Part shown: piece by piece, positions 29,312-38,322 of the stretch
How positions within the stretch are numbered: the first letter of the stretch is position 1
Layout: each line of letters begins with the position of its first letter
NCBI GenBank assembly: GCA_963422735.1
Contig: OY730476.1
Coordinates: 672,001-736,000 of the forward strand
DNA from: Candidatus Latescibacterota bacterium
GTDB lineage: Bacteria; Latescibacterota; UBA2968; UBA8231
Length of the DNA stretch: 64,000 nucleotides
Direction of reading: 5' to 3'
The notes under the pieces: model-generated
Seen by the model: the letters and a program-made list of their open reading frames with translations, nothing else
Databases searched by the model: none
Told to the model about the DNA's origin: nothing
Position numbers and translations under genes: made by a program

Positions 29312-30970
29312 TTGGGGGAGAAGGCCCTTAGCCGCCGGCAGTTTTTCTGTGCGCTCGCCGCGGCTGGCGGCTGGGCCGCTTGGAGCGGTTGCTCGTCCGA
29401 TCACCAGCGGCGAGCGATCCCCGGGCGAATCGTCAACGGAGGACCGCCGCGTGGGCACCTGCTACGCGATGTGCATTCCTGGGCAGACTTCGCCGCGGCT
29501 GAGCGCACGTGCGATATCGCCATTGTCGGCGGTGGAATCTCCGGCTTGGCCGCGGCGTGGAAGTTGCGTCGGTCGGGGGTGGAGCGGATTGTCCTCCTCG
29601 ACCTCGAAGGCCAGCTAGGGGGCACCAGTCGCAGTGGCCAATGGGGCGATCGAGTATTTCCTTGGGGTGCTCACTACATCAACATCCCTCCCGCCGAAGC
29701 CGACTGCATCCACGAAATACTGCAAGATATAGGCGTTATTGACGGCTACGACGCGGCGAATAAGCCGCTGGTCGCCGCTGGGGCGATGCTGCGCTGGCCG
29801 CACGGGCGGCTCTTCTATCGGGGGCGCTGGGTCGCCGGGCTGGACCCGTTTGTCGGCGCATCGGGCCGGGAGCGCGAAGCCCTGTTGCGCTTTGAAGACG
29901 AGATGCTGCGCTGGGCCTTGCATCGCGGCCGGGACGGACGCCGGGCCTTTGCCATGCCTTTGCGCTACAGCACGGCCGATGTAAGGGTGCGGCGTTTGGA
30001 CCAAATCAGTATGGCCCAGTACCTCCGCGAAGAGGGATGGCACGACGATCGGCTCCGCTGGCTGGTCGATTACGCCTGCCGCGACGACTACGGCAGCACG
30101 GCAGCCCAAGTCTCGGCTTGGGCCGGGATTCACTACTATGCCTGTAGGTTCTACGACTACCGGATCGAGGAGGCGTATCCAGCCCACACGCTGACGTGGC
30201 CCGAGGGCAATGGGCACCTAGTTGCGGAACTCGCTAATAGGTTGGGGGAAAACGAGATAAAGCGACAATCGCTAGTGGCTCGTCTAGCCGAGGAGCGGTC
30301 GCAGGTGCGGCTGGGGTACATCGACTTGGCCACCGGGGAAAAACGGCAACTGACCGCCCGGGCGGTAGTGTACGCCGGCAAGCTCCACACGGCTCCCTAC
30401 GCGATCGCGGGCCTGCCGGATGCACAGGCCAAGGCTATGGCGGCTATCGAGTATAGCCCTTGGTTGGTGGCGGCGATTTTTCTCAAAGAGCCGCTTGCTG
30501 CTCAGCAGACGACTTGGGACAATGTTTTGTACGACAGCCCGTCGCTGGGCTATGTGGTCGCCGATCACCAGCAGGGCGGGGGAGGCCGCGTATTGATGTA
30601 CTATTGGCCCTTTGTCAACCAGCTCGAGCACGCCCGGCACACCTTACTCGCGCAGGACCATTCATTCTGGGCCGAACAGATCATGGCCGATCTGCGCCGG
30701 GTCCACCCGGAGCTGGACGACCTCGTGGAGCGCGTCGATCTATATCGCTGGGGGCACGGGATGATGCGGCCCAGTCCTGAGTCGCTGTGGGGACCGACGG
30801 CCGGTTGGCGGCAGCAGCCAATGGAGCGGATATTTTTTGCTTCGTGCGATGCGACGGGGCTACCCCTTTGCGAAGAAGCGATATTTTCCGGTATTCTGGC
30901 GGCGGAGCGGGCCATGGATTGCCTCGGCGTGGCGTATCCCTCCTCGCTAATAGGGCTTGAAGATGCCTAG
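29312..30970 (+). CDS. Tat-exported (lipo)flavoprotein, amine oxidase-like
   Basis: SRRQFF twin-arginine motif and WSGC lipobox-like; IVGGGISGLAAA, WGAHY, YACRDDYG, RWGHGM. Start TTG 29312 inferred. Confidence 0.82.
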   Translation: MGEKALSRRQFFCALAAAGGWAAWSGCSSDHQRRAIPGRIVNGGPPRGHLLRDVHSWADFAAAERTCDIAIVGGGISGLAAAWKLRRSGVERIVLLDLEGQLGGTSRSGQWGDRVFPWGAHYINIPPAEADCIHEILQDIGVIDGYDAANKPLVAAGAMLRWPHGRLFYRGRWVAGLDPFVGASGREREALLRFEDEMLRWALHRGRDGRRAFAMPLRYSTADVRVRRLDQISMAQYLREEGWHDDRLRWLVDYACRDDYGSTAAQVSAWAGIHYYACRFYDYRIEEAYPAHTLTWPEGNGHLVAELANRLGENEIKRQSLVARLAEERSQVRLGYIDLATGEKRQLTARAVVYAGKLHTAPYAIAGLPDAQAKAMAAIEYSPWLVAAIFLKEPLAAQQTTWDNVLYDSPSLGYVVADHQQGGGGRVLMYYWPFVNQLEHARHTLLAQDHSFWAEQIMADLRRVHPELDDLVERVDLYRWGHGMMRPSPESLWGPTAGWRQQPMERIFFASCDATGLPLCEEAIFSGILAAERAMDCLGVAYPSSLIGLEDA

Positions 30971-32483
30971 GCTAGGCTCGCTGTTTTTGCTAGTGGCCAT
31001 TTTCTCGGCCGCAGTCTGCGCCATCGTCTATCAGCTACTCATCGGCAGCGTGGCGTCCTACTTCCTCGGCAATAGCGTCGAGCAGTTTTCCCTGACGATC
31101 GGCTTTTTCCTCGCTGCGATGGGGCTTGGCTCTTGGCTTTCGCGCTTTGTCGCCGACGGCTTGCTATTGACGCGGCTAGCCCAGCTAGAGATTTGGCTGG
31201 GGCTTTTGGGTGGGATTTCGGTTGGCGTGCTCTACGTGCTCTACGGGTACACCGACCACTTTAGGGCCGGCATGTTGGCTTTGAGCACGGCGATTGGCGC
31301 GTTGATCGGCTTGGAAGTGCCGCTGATTACCCGGCTTTTGCGCGGGCACGGCACGCTGCGCGCAGCGTTATCTAATGTTTTGTCCCTCGATTATCTGGGG
31401 GCCTTGTTGGCCTCGTTGCTCTTCCCGTACATCCTGTTGCCTTTCCTCGGCAGTCTGCATACGGCGTTGGTTGCCGGCTTAGTCAATGCGGTCCTCGGCC
31501 TTGGCGTGGTACTTGCGTTTAAGGAGACGTTGCTAAAGCAACGCGCCTTCGGCTCGCTAGGGGCGCAAGCACTTGCGGTTATTTCGGCCCTAGGGGTGCT
31601 GGCTTGGCAGGGGGAGGGGCTGCGGGCGCGGTGGGAAAGCGATCTCTACGAAGACCACATCGTCCACAGCGAGCAATCGGCCTACCAGCAAATCGTCCTG
31701 ACCCGGCGCGACCAACACCTGCGGCTCTATCTCAACGGGCACTTGCAATTCGCCTCCATTGACGAGCATCGCTACCACGAAGCCCTAGTTCATCCGGCTA
31801 TGGCCCTGACGCTCTCCCGCGAAAGAGTGCTCATCATCGGGGGAGGGGACGGCCTAACGGCGCGGGAGGTACTAAAATACGAGGAGGTCCAGCACGTCGA
31901 TTTAGTCGATCTCGACCCGGCGGTAACGCGGTTGGCCCAGCGCAACATCCACCTGGCCCGGCTCAACGACAACGCCTTGAATCGCCGCCAAGTCCGCGTG
32001 ATCAACGAAGATGGCTTTGTTTTTTTGCAGCGCGAGCACGTGCCGTATGGCGCGATACTAATCGACTTGCCCGATCCCCGCGAGGAGAGCTTGGCCAAGC
32101 TCTATTCGGTCGAGGCCTATAGGCTGTGCCGCAAGTTGCTCAGCCCGCAAGGCGTCTTGGCGACCCAAGCTTCCAGCCCGTACCACGTCCGCGAGGCGTA
32201 CTGGAGCATTGCCGCCGCCTTGGAGGAAGCGGGCTTTGCCATCCACTCTTATCACTTGCACGTGCCCTCTTTTGGCGAGTGGGGATTCCACTTGGCGGGA
32301 CCCGCCGGGCTAGATCCGACGGCAGTCGCCTTTGCGGTTCCCACTCGCTATCTCGACCGCCAAGTCTGGGGTGCTCTCGCGGTTTTTGACGGCGATATGG
32401 CCCGCTTGCCCGTGCAGGCCAACCGACTTGATAGGCCGGTGCTGGCGCGTTATTATCGACAGGGTTGGGGTACTCAGTTTTGA
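30963..32483 (+). CDS. speE: Membrane-anchored polyamine aminopropyltransferase (spermidine synthase-like)
   Basis: N-terminal multi-TM domain (IGLEVPL, LSLDYLG); LNGHLQF, YHEALVHP, LIIGGGDG, VDLDP, DLPDP, VPSFGEWGF. Confidence 0.88.
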   Translation: MPRLGSLFLLVAIFSAAVCAIVYQLLIGSVASYFLGNSVEQFSLTIGFFLAAMGLGSWLSRFVADGLLLTRLAQLEIWLGLLGGISVGVLYVLYGYTDHFRAGMLALSTAIGALIGLEVPLITRLLRGHGTLRAALSNVLSLDYLGALLASLLFPYILLPFLGSLHTALVAGLVNAVLGLGVVLAFKETLLKQRAFGSLGAQALAVISALGVLAWQGEGLRARWESDLYEDHIVHSEQSAYQQIVLTRRDQHLRLYLNGHLQFASIDEHRYHEALVHPAMALTLSRERVLIIGGGDGLTAREVLKYEEVQHVDLVDLDPAVTRLAQRNIHLARLNDNALNRRQVRVINEDGFVFLQREHVPYGAILIDLPDPREESLAKLYSVEAYRLCRKLLSPQGVLATQASSPYHVREAYWSIAAALEEAGFAIHSYHLHVPSFGEWGFHLAGPAGLDPTAVAFAVPTRYLDRQVWGALAVFDGDMARLPVQANRLDRPVLARYYRQGWGTQF

Positions 32484-32496
32484 AAGGACATGCCAG

Positions 32497-33045
32497 ATGG
32501 GTTTAAGGAAATGGTTCGGCGGTCGCCAAAGCGAAGACGAACAGGCGTATGAGGAGTATTCGCTCAGCACCATGAAAGCAGGATTCTTAGTCGATTACGA
32601 CCTCAAAACCTGGCAAGTCATAGGCCGTGGAACCTATGACTACGATGGTTATACTACCGAGGAATGGGAATTGCAGGCCGATGATCAGGTGCGCTTCTTA
32701 GAGCGCGCCGTAGAAGATGGCAAAGTCTATTGGACCTTGACGCGGGCGATTGGCATCGATGAGGTTGAGGGCGACATTGCGGCGGCGATTATCGCCAACG
32801 GCGACCCGCCTGAAGCCGTGCGATTTGCGGGCGATGAATACGTGGGGAGCACGAGCGAGGCCGGCCTGTACCGCAAAGACGGCACCGATGCAGAGCGCGA
32901 ATTTGTCAATTGGTCGTTTGAAGGGGAAGAAGGCAAGGTGCTCTTCATCAGCCAGTGGGGCGAGCGCGAATTTGCCGCATACGCGGGCTTGGAGGTAGAG
33001 GAATACCAATTCACCGACATCTTGCCGGTGGAGGAGGGCACTTGA
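32497..33045 (+). CDS. DUF4178 domain protein
   Basis: LVDYDLKTWQV...EEWEL...ISQWGEREF...YQFTDILP pattern; typical member of pspA-speE-DUF350 clusters. Confidence 0.7.
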   Translation: MGLRKWFGGRQSEDEQAYEEYSLSTMKAGFLVDYDLKTWQVIGRGTYDYDGYTTEEWELQADDQVRFLERAVEDGKVYWTLTRAIGIDEVEGDIAAAIIANGDPPEAVRFAGDEYVGSTSEAGLYRKDGTDAEREFVNWSFEGEEGKVLFISQWGEREFAAYAGLEVEEYQFTDILPVEEGT

Positions 33046-33046
33046 A

Positions 33047-33754
33047 ATGGCTTGGCGCATAGCGGTCTTGGTGCTGTGGGGTCTGATTGCCTGTGGGGGT
33101 TCCAAAGACCCAGTGAGAAAGCTAGTGCGCGATTTAGATCGCTACCCCGAGTATTCCCTGATCGTCGATGATACCCGCATCGAAGATGGCTCGTTTTTTC
33201 CCGACTACGCCCTGCGCTTTCAGGTGTTGACCGCTTCGGGACAGCGCGTCGCCGGGCGCGACACCATCGTCTATCAGGAGCGCCGCACCGATTGGATGGA
33301 AGTCAGCGAAGAGATATTCTACCGCTACGAAAACTACGTTGGCATGGTGGTGGCCTCCAAGTCGCTAGACGGCCGCCGCACCGGTACCAATCAAGCCCAC
33401 CCGCCCGGCTATCAGTACGTCGGCAATCCCCAATACGGGTTTTGGGGCGGCGGCGGGTTTTGGCAATTCTACGGCCAGTACGCCCTGATGCGCGACTTAA
33501 TGGGGGGGTGGGGCGTTGGCCGGGGCGATTGGGAGGACTACCGCCGCTCTCGAGAACGGGGCAGCCCGTACTACGGGCCGGTAAAAGGAGGCCGGCCCGC
33601 TTTTGGGTCGCGCGGCTCGCAAACCCAAAAGACGCGACCACAATTCTACCAGCGTCAGCAAAGCCGCCGCCAAGCCTTTAGTGGCCAAGTCAAAAACCGC
33701 ATGGGCCGCACCACTTCCGGGTGGGGACGCGGTGCCTCGCGCTCTGGAAAATAG
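33047..33754 (+). CDS. Putative lipoprotein with Gly/Arg/Tyr-rich C-terminus
   Basis: LIAC lipobox; PPGYQYVGNPQYGFW...FWQFYGQYALM; low-complexity tail. Confidence 0.7.
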   Translation: MAWRIAVLVLWGLIACGGSKDPVRKLVRDLDRYPEYSLIVDDTRIEDGSFFPDYALRFQVLTASGQRVAGRDTIVYQERRTDWMEVSEEIFYRYENYVGMVVASKSLDGRRTGTNQAHPPGYQYVGNPQYGFWGGGGFWQFYGQYALMRDLMGGWGVGRGDWEDYRRSRERGSPYYGPVKGGRPAFGSRGSQTQKTRPQFYQRQQSRRQAFSGQVKNRMGRTTSGWGRGASRSGK

Positions 33755-33764
33755 GGAGAACGCA

Positions 33765-34607
33765 GTGGACAATATAGTGCAGATGGCCCAGACCTTAGTC
33801 TATCTCTTAGAGGCTTTTGTCTTGCTCTTTGTCGCCAAGCAGGTCTATGCCCGGGTTTTTCGCCGGGTCGATCTCAAGGACGAACTCTATGGCCGCAACA
33901 ACCACGCGCTGGCCGTGGCGGTAGGCGGTTATTGCTTTGGGATTTGCTTGGCGCTGGGGGGGGCGTTGAGCGGCCCTTCGCTCGGCTGGCAAGACGACCT
34001 GCTTGGCATCGCCCAGTACGGCCTCTTGGCGATTGTCTTGATGCTCGTCGCCGGCGTACTCTGCGAGCGAGTGCTCCTACCCCACTTCGACAATCGCAAG
34101 GAGGTCGTCGAGGATCAGAATATGGGGACGGCCTTTGTCGAGGCGGGGATGCACATCGCCAATGGCCTGATTGTCCTAGCCATCATGCAGGGCGAGGGGC
34201 CGCTGTGGAGCGGCGTGGCTTTCTGGCTACTGGCCCAAGTGGTGCTGGTGGTGGCCGGGTTGCTCTACGAGTGGATTACCCCGCATTCGGTCCACCGCGA
34301 GCTAGAGCGCGATAATGCCGCGGTCGGCTTGGCGTTCGGCGGTGTGCTGGTGGGCATGGGCAATATCGTCAGCATCGCCGTGGCCGGCGACTACGCAGGG
34401 TGGATCGTCGGCCTCCAAACCTTTGGCGTGGATGTGGGGTTTGGTTTTGTCGCGCTCTACGCCATCCACAAATTGACCGATGTGCTCTTGGCACCTAGTG
34501 TTCGCTTGGGTGCCGAACAGGTCGAGGAGCAGCCTAATGTGGGGGCTGGGCTTATAGAGGCCTTTGGCTACGTGGGCGGATCGACCCTAGTCGTCTGGAT
34601 CTTCTGA
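33765..34607 (+). CDS. DUF350 (double-domain) membrane protein
   Basis: Repeated DLKDELYGRNNHALAV / KEVVEDQNMGTA / RELERDNAAVGL / EQVEEQPNVGAG motifs between TM helices. Confidence 0.8.
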   Translation: MDNIVQMAQTLVYLLEAFVLLFVAKQVYARVFRRVDLKDELYGRNNHALAVAVGGYCFGICLALGGALSGPSLGWQDDLLGIAQYGLLAIVLMLVAGVLCERVLLPHFDNRKEVVEDQNMGTAFVEAGMHIANGLIVLAIMQGEGPLWSGVAFWLLAQVVLVVAGLLYEWITPHSVHRELERDNAAVGLAFGGVLVGMGNIVSIAVAGDYAGWIVGLQTFGVDVGFGFVALYAIHKLTDVLLAPSVRLGAEQVEEQPNVGAGLIEAFGYVGGSTLVVWIF

Positions 34608-34617
34608 ACTATCTCCG

Positions 34618-35622
34618 CTAACTTCGACGCCACTGCCACAGCAGAGTCGGCCCGCCGAGGAGGATGTAGGTCAGGGTTGCTAAAGCATGGGTCAACGTGG
34701 CGCAGGCCAAAGCGGTGGCAAGGGGCACTGTGTAGAGGCGGTGCAGGGCCTCGCCGAAGAGAAGGTGATACGAGCCGATCGCCCCCGGCGTCGGAACGAT
34801 CACTCCTATGGACGATATGGCCATGACTACCAATGCTGCTGCTGCATCGAGATCGTATGTTTGGTGCAAACCCATGCCGATAAAGGCCGCGTAAACAATG
34901 AACACGTAGGCTGCGTTGAGCAGGATCGAACTGACGAGGATTTCGAGGTGCGCCGTCGGCTGTTGCCGCAGGGCGGAAAGCCCGCTGATGAAGGTCTCGA
35001 TGATTTCGAGGACCCGCTCGCCGTGCCCCCAAGCGAGCCGAACGAGCAGCGGGCGCATTCTAGCTAAAATGTTTTCCCGATAAACCGATACCAAGACCAA
35101 GGCACTCAGCGCGACCAAGCACCCGGCTAGGGCCAACAGGCCGATAGTGTCCCGATCTGCACCGGCCGGCATCCAAAGCACGGGCAGGGCAATATCGATA
35201 TAGACAATGAGCCAAAACAAGACGATGAGCCAAAACAGATCGAGAATGCGCTCCACCACTATCGTGGCCATCAAAGCGCTAATGCTCGCCCCAGAGGTCC
35301 ACTTGAGGCTGACACACCGCAGGACCTCGCCCGAGCGCGGCACGATCACATTAGCTGCATAGCATATAGCTAAGGCGAGCGACGCATTGAGGTTGCTCAC
35401 TTGCGGCGCAAAGGGCCGCATGAGGACCATCCAGCGCCAAGCCCTCAAGACCAAGGTCCCCAGCGTCGCGACGCATATAACAGCGGCCCAAACCGGCGAA
35501 ATGCCGGTCATGGCATCCCATAGTTCTCCGCGATTTATTCCCTCAAAGGCCCAAAAAATAAAAAGCCCCATCAAGCCTAGGCTTAGCCCATACTGAAGGG
35601 CTTGTCTCAGTATCTTGTGCAT
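34618..35622 (-). CDS. Lysylphosphatidylglycerol synthase TM-domain (UPF0104) flippase-like protein
   Basis: LRAWRW, NVIVPRSGEVLR, TIVVERILD, VPTPGAIGSYH. Confidence 0.85.
   Translation of the reverse strand: MHKILRQALQYGLSLGLMGLFIFWAFEGINRGELWDAMTGISPVWAAVICVATLGTLVLRAWRWMVLMRPFAPQVSNLNASLALAICYAANVIVPRSGEVLRCVSLKWTSGASISALMATIVVERILDLFWLIVLFWLIVYIDIALPVLWMPAGADRDTIGLLALAGCLVALSALVLVSVYRENILARMRPLLVRLAWGHGERVLEIIETFISGLSALRQQPTAHLEILVSSILLNAAYVFIVYAAFIGMGLHQTYDLDAAAALVVMAISSIGVIVPTPGAIGSYHLLFGEALHRLYTVPLATALACATLTHALATLTYILLGGPTLLWQWRRS
35203..35238. repeat. 18-bp in-frame tandem duplication (LFWLIV x2)
   Basis: gacaatgagccaaaacaa followed by gacgatgagccaaaacag (2 mismatches). Confidence 0.75.
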
Positions 35623-35698
35623 CGCGCTTGCAAACGCAAAACAGGGCGTCTGGCGATCCCTTGGTGCATGGCGGAAGGAATAGGCTGGGTAGGTTTGT

Positions 35699-36319
35699 TC
35701 AAGCCTGTATGGGTTGAATTTTGCCCATTCTCTCTAATAGGTCGATGATCTGCGCGGCCGCCTCCGAGGGCGTTGCTGTGTCGGTTTCGATGACCAACTC
35801 GGGATTTTCTGGATCCTCATAAGGGTCTGAAACACCGGTAAAATTGGGTATCTCACCGGCTTGTGCTTTTTTGTAGAGGCCCTTGGGGTCGCGCTCGGCG
35901 CATACTTCGACCGGAGCGCTGATGAAAATTTCGACGAAATCGCCTTCTGCCATAAGGGATCGCACCCCGTCGCGGTCGGCTCGATAGGGGCTGACAAAGC
36001 TGGCGAGGATTAGGAACCCCCCATCGACGAAAAGCTTTCCTACCTCGCCGATCCGCCGGATATTTTCCGCCCGGTCCTCGGCAGAAAAGCCCAGGTTTTT
36101 GTTGAGCCCAAAGCGGATGTTGTCGCCGTCTAGCACATAGGCCAAATGGCCGCGGGCGACCAAGGCGTGTTCGACGGTATAGGCAATCGTGCTTTTGCCC
36201 GAACTCGGCAAGCCTGTCAGCCAGAGCAATACCCCTTGTTGGCGCAACAAGCTCTCGCGTTGCTCGCGGCTGACATGGCCCTCGTGTCGGACGATATTGG
36301 TCGCTTTAATAGCGGTCAA
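35699..36319 (-). CDS. cysC: Adenylyl-sulfate kinase
   Basis: WLTGLPSSGKST, LDGDNIR, DRAENIRRIGEV, RDPKGLY, FTGVSDPYE; GAGGTG Shine-Dalgarno. Confidence 0.96.
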   Translation of the reverse strand: MTAIKATNIVRHEGHVSREQRESLLRQQGVLLWLTGLPSSGKSTIAYTVEHALVARGHLAYVLDGDNIRFGLNKNLGFSAEDRAENIRRIGEVGKLFVDGGFLILASFVSPYRADRDGVRSLMAEGDFVEIFISAPVEVCAERDPKGLYKKAQAGEIPNFTGVSDPYEDPENPELVIETDTATPSEAAAQIIDLLERMGKIQPIQA

Positions 36320-36338
36320 AGTTCACCTCGTGAGTTTA

Positions 36339-36424
36339 GAAGCTGTCTGAAAATCCCTCGCGGCCTGTCGCGCCTGCTTCGCCCTGCCTTTAGGCAGGAC
36401 CGGCGCGGTGAAGCAGACCGCTTC
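36339..36424. mobile_element. MITE-like 86-bp palindromic element
   Basis: 11-bp terminal inverted repeats GAAGCTGTCTG / CAGACCGCTTC (1 mismatch), flanked by TTA direct repeats (36336-36338, 36425-36427); internal hairpins. Confidence 0.55.
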
Positions 36425-36598
36425 TTAGAGATAAATTCCATAGAAAACTCATAATAACGACCATACGGCCTCGGTTCGTCAAGGAATTGGCAGCGGCGCG
36501 AGCAGGGCTGTTTTTAATTGACGGCTAATAGTCTATATATTTATACTAATGGCAATGCACAGTACAAGCGCATCTCACCAAGTGGAGGAGGCAAGCAT

Positions 36599-37525
36599 AT
36601 GAAAATTGCAATTAGCATCACCTGTGCGGCCCTGCTGGCAACGGCAAGTGACGGGGTCGTCAACATTCAGAATGTGGGTTCGGGGGCACGGGCCCAGGGG
36701 TTGGGCAACAGCTTTGTGGCGGTGGCCGACAATGCGGATGCCGTGTTTGCCAATCCGGCCGGGTTGGGTCAGGTGGCTCAGCGTCAGGTGGCCTACACCA
36801 ATGTATCGCTTTTGTATGCGGGTATTGAAGGCGACGATCTGGGTCAGCACGTGGTCTCCTATGCACAGCCTTTGGGTGACCGGATGGGCTTGGGTTTGGG
36901 TTATGAGCGGATTGGCTCGTCGCTGATGAGCGAGAACGGGGCGTTTGTGTCGCTGTCGTATCAGGTGCAGCGTCGGCTGCAGGTGGGGTTGTCGGCCAAG
37001 TATCTGTTTTGGAGTGTGGGGTCAATTCCCGACGATGAGGGTCGGCCTGATCCGCTGTCGAACCAGCGTGCGGGCAACGTAGGCTTGGATTTGGGTTTGC
37101 TGTGGCAGAGTCCGGTGCAAGGGGCACAGGTGGGGGTGTTGTTGAAGAATATCAACCAGCCGAATGTGGCGTATGGCGAGGTTGCAGGGGACGCGGATGC
37201 GGGTACGTTGCCGATGGATGTGCATGTGGGGGTGGGGTATCGTCTGAGCAGTCAGTCGTTGGTGTCGGTTCAATACGTGCGTCGGGACTTGACGGGGGAG
37301 GGCTCGGATCAGGGGTTGGTTGTTGGTGGGGAGACGCAGTTGGTGGAGGGGTTGCTGTTGCGGGCGGGGGGTCGTCGTTTGTTGTCTGAGGACGCCGGAG
37401 GGGGCTTGAATGCGGGGTTGGGCTATCAGTGGAATCAGTTGGTGTTCGACTATGCCTATGACATCGGCTTGGATCTGACCGAGACCAATGGCGCACACCG
37501 GTTTTCCTTTGCTTATGAATTCTAA
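36599..37525 (+). CDS. PorV/PorQ-like (UPF0164) outer-membrane beta-barrel protein
   Basis: Signal peptide; GSGARAQGLGNSFVAVADNADAVFANPAGL; DLGLL, NINQP, FDYAY, HRFSFAYEF with terminal Phe; GGAGG Shine-Dalgarno and TTGACG-N18-TATACT upstream. Confidence 0.82.
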   Translation: MKIAISITCAALLATASDGVVNIQNVGSGARAQGLGNSFVAVADNADAVFANPAGLGQVAQRQVAYTNVSLLYAGIEGDDLGQHVVSYAQPLGDRMGLGLGYERIGSSLMSENGAFVSLSYQVQRRLQVGLSAKYLFWSVGSIPDDEGRPDPLSNQRAGNVGLDLGLLWQSPVQGAQVGVLLKNINQPNVAYGEVAGDADAGTLPMDVHVGVGYRLSSQSLVSVQYVRRDLTGEGSDQGLVVGGETQLVEGLLLRAGGRRLLSEDAGGGLNAGLGYQWNQLVFDYAYDIGLDLTETNGAHRFSFAYEF

Positions 37526-37545
37526 ACCCAAAAAAGACTCTGATT

Positions 37546-37580
37546 AAAAAAGGCCGTCCCCGAAGCGGGATGGCCTTTTT
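37546..37580. terminator. Bidirectional intrinsic terminator
   Basis: AAAAAAGGCCGTCCC-cgaagc-GGGATGGCCTTTTT between convergent genes. Confidence 0.88.
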
Positions 37581-37582
37581 GT

Positions 37583-38317
37583 CTATTCTACTATGTCTTC
37601 ATCCACATCCGTCACTAGGGTGCCCAAGTCTTGACCGCGACAGATGCGCAAAATGGTTCCCTTGTCAGAGAAGTCAAAAAAGTGCATGGGTATCTTGTGA
37701 TCGCGCGCTAACAGAACCGAGGATTGATCGGCGATGGTGAGGTTTTCTTGGATGATCGTGTTGTAGTGCATCCGCCGGTACAGCCTCGCGTGGGGATCGG
37801 TGTGGGGGTCGGAGGTAAAGATGCCGCCGACTTGATTTTTGGCAAAAAGCAGGGCTTGGGACCGCGTCTCAATCGCGCGATGGGCCGCCGTGTAATCCGT
37901 AGTGACGTACGGATTGCCAATACCGGCGGCAAAGATGACGATGTAGTGCTTCTCTAGGTGGTGAATCGCGCGCAGTCGAATAAAAGGCTCGGCTACCGCG
38001 TTGATGGGAATGGCGCTCATCACCCGGACTTCGACATCGGATTTAGAGGTGAGGACCCCGCGCAGCATCAGACTGTTGATCACCGTACCCATCATGCCGA
38101 TGTTGTCGGCTTCGGCCCGTTCAATACCCCACTGACTGGCGAGTGTGCCGCGGAATATATTGCCGCCGCCAATAACGACGGATATTTCGACCCCACAGGC
38201 GTGCAAGCTGAGGGCTTCGTCGGCAATGTACTCTAGGGATTCGGGATCGAAGCCCACGTCGTGCGGGCCGGAGATGGCTTCCCCGCTCAGCTTGAGCAGG
38301 ACTCGCTGGTATCGCAT
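37583..38317 (-). CDS. pyrH: UMP kinase
   Basis: RVLLKLSGEA, VIGGGNIFRG, ADNIGMMGTVIN, GNPYVTTD, FTSDP. Confidence 0.9.
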   Translation of the reverse strand: MRYQRVLLKLSGEAISGPHDVGFDPESLEYIADEALSLHACGVEISVVIGGGNIFRGTLASQWGIERAEADNIGMMGTVINSLMLRGVLTSKSDVEVRVMSAIPINAVAEPFIRLRAIHHLEKHYIVIFAAGIGNPYVTTDYTAAHRAIETRSQALLFAKNQVGGIFTSDPHTDPHARLYRRMHYNTIIQENLTIADQSSVLLARDHKIPMHFFDFSDKGTILRICRGQDLGTLVTDVDEDIVE

Positions 38318-38322
38318 GGAAG

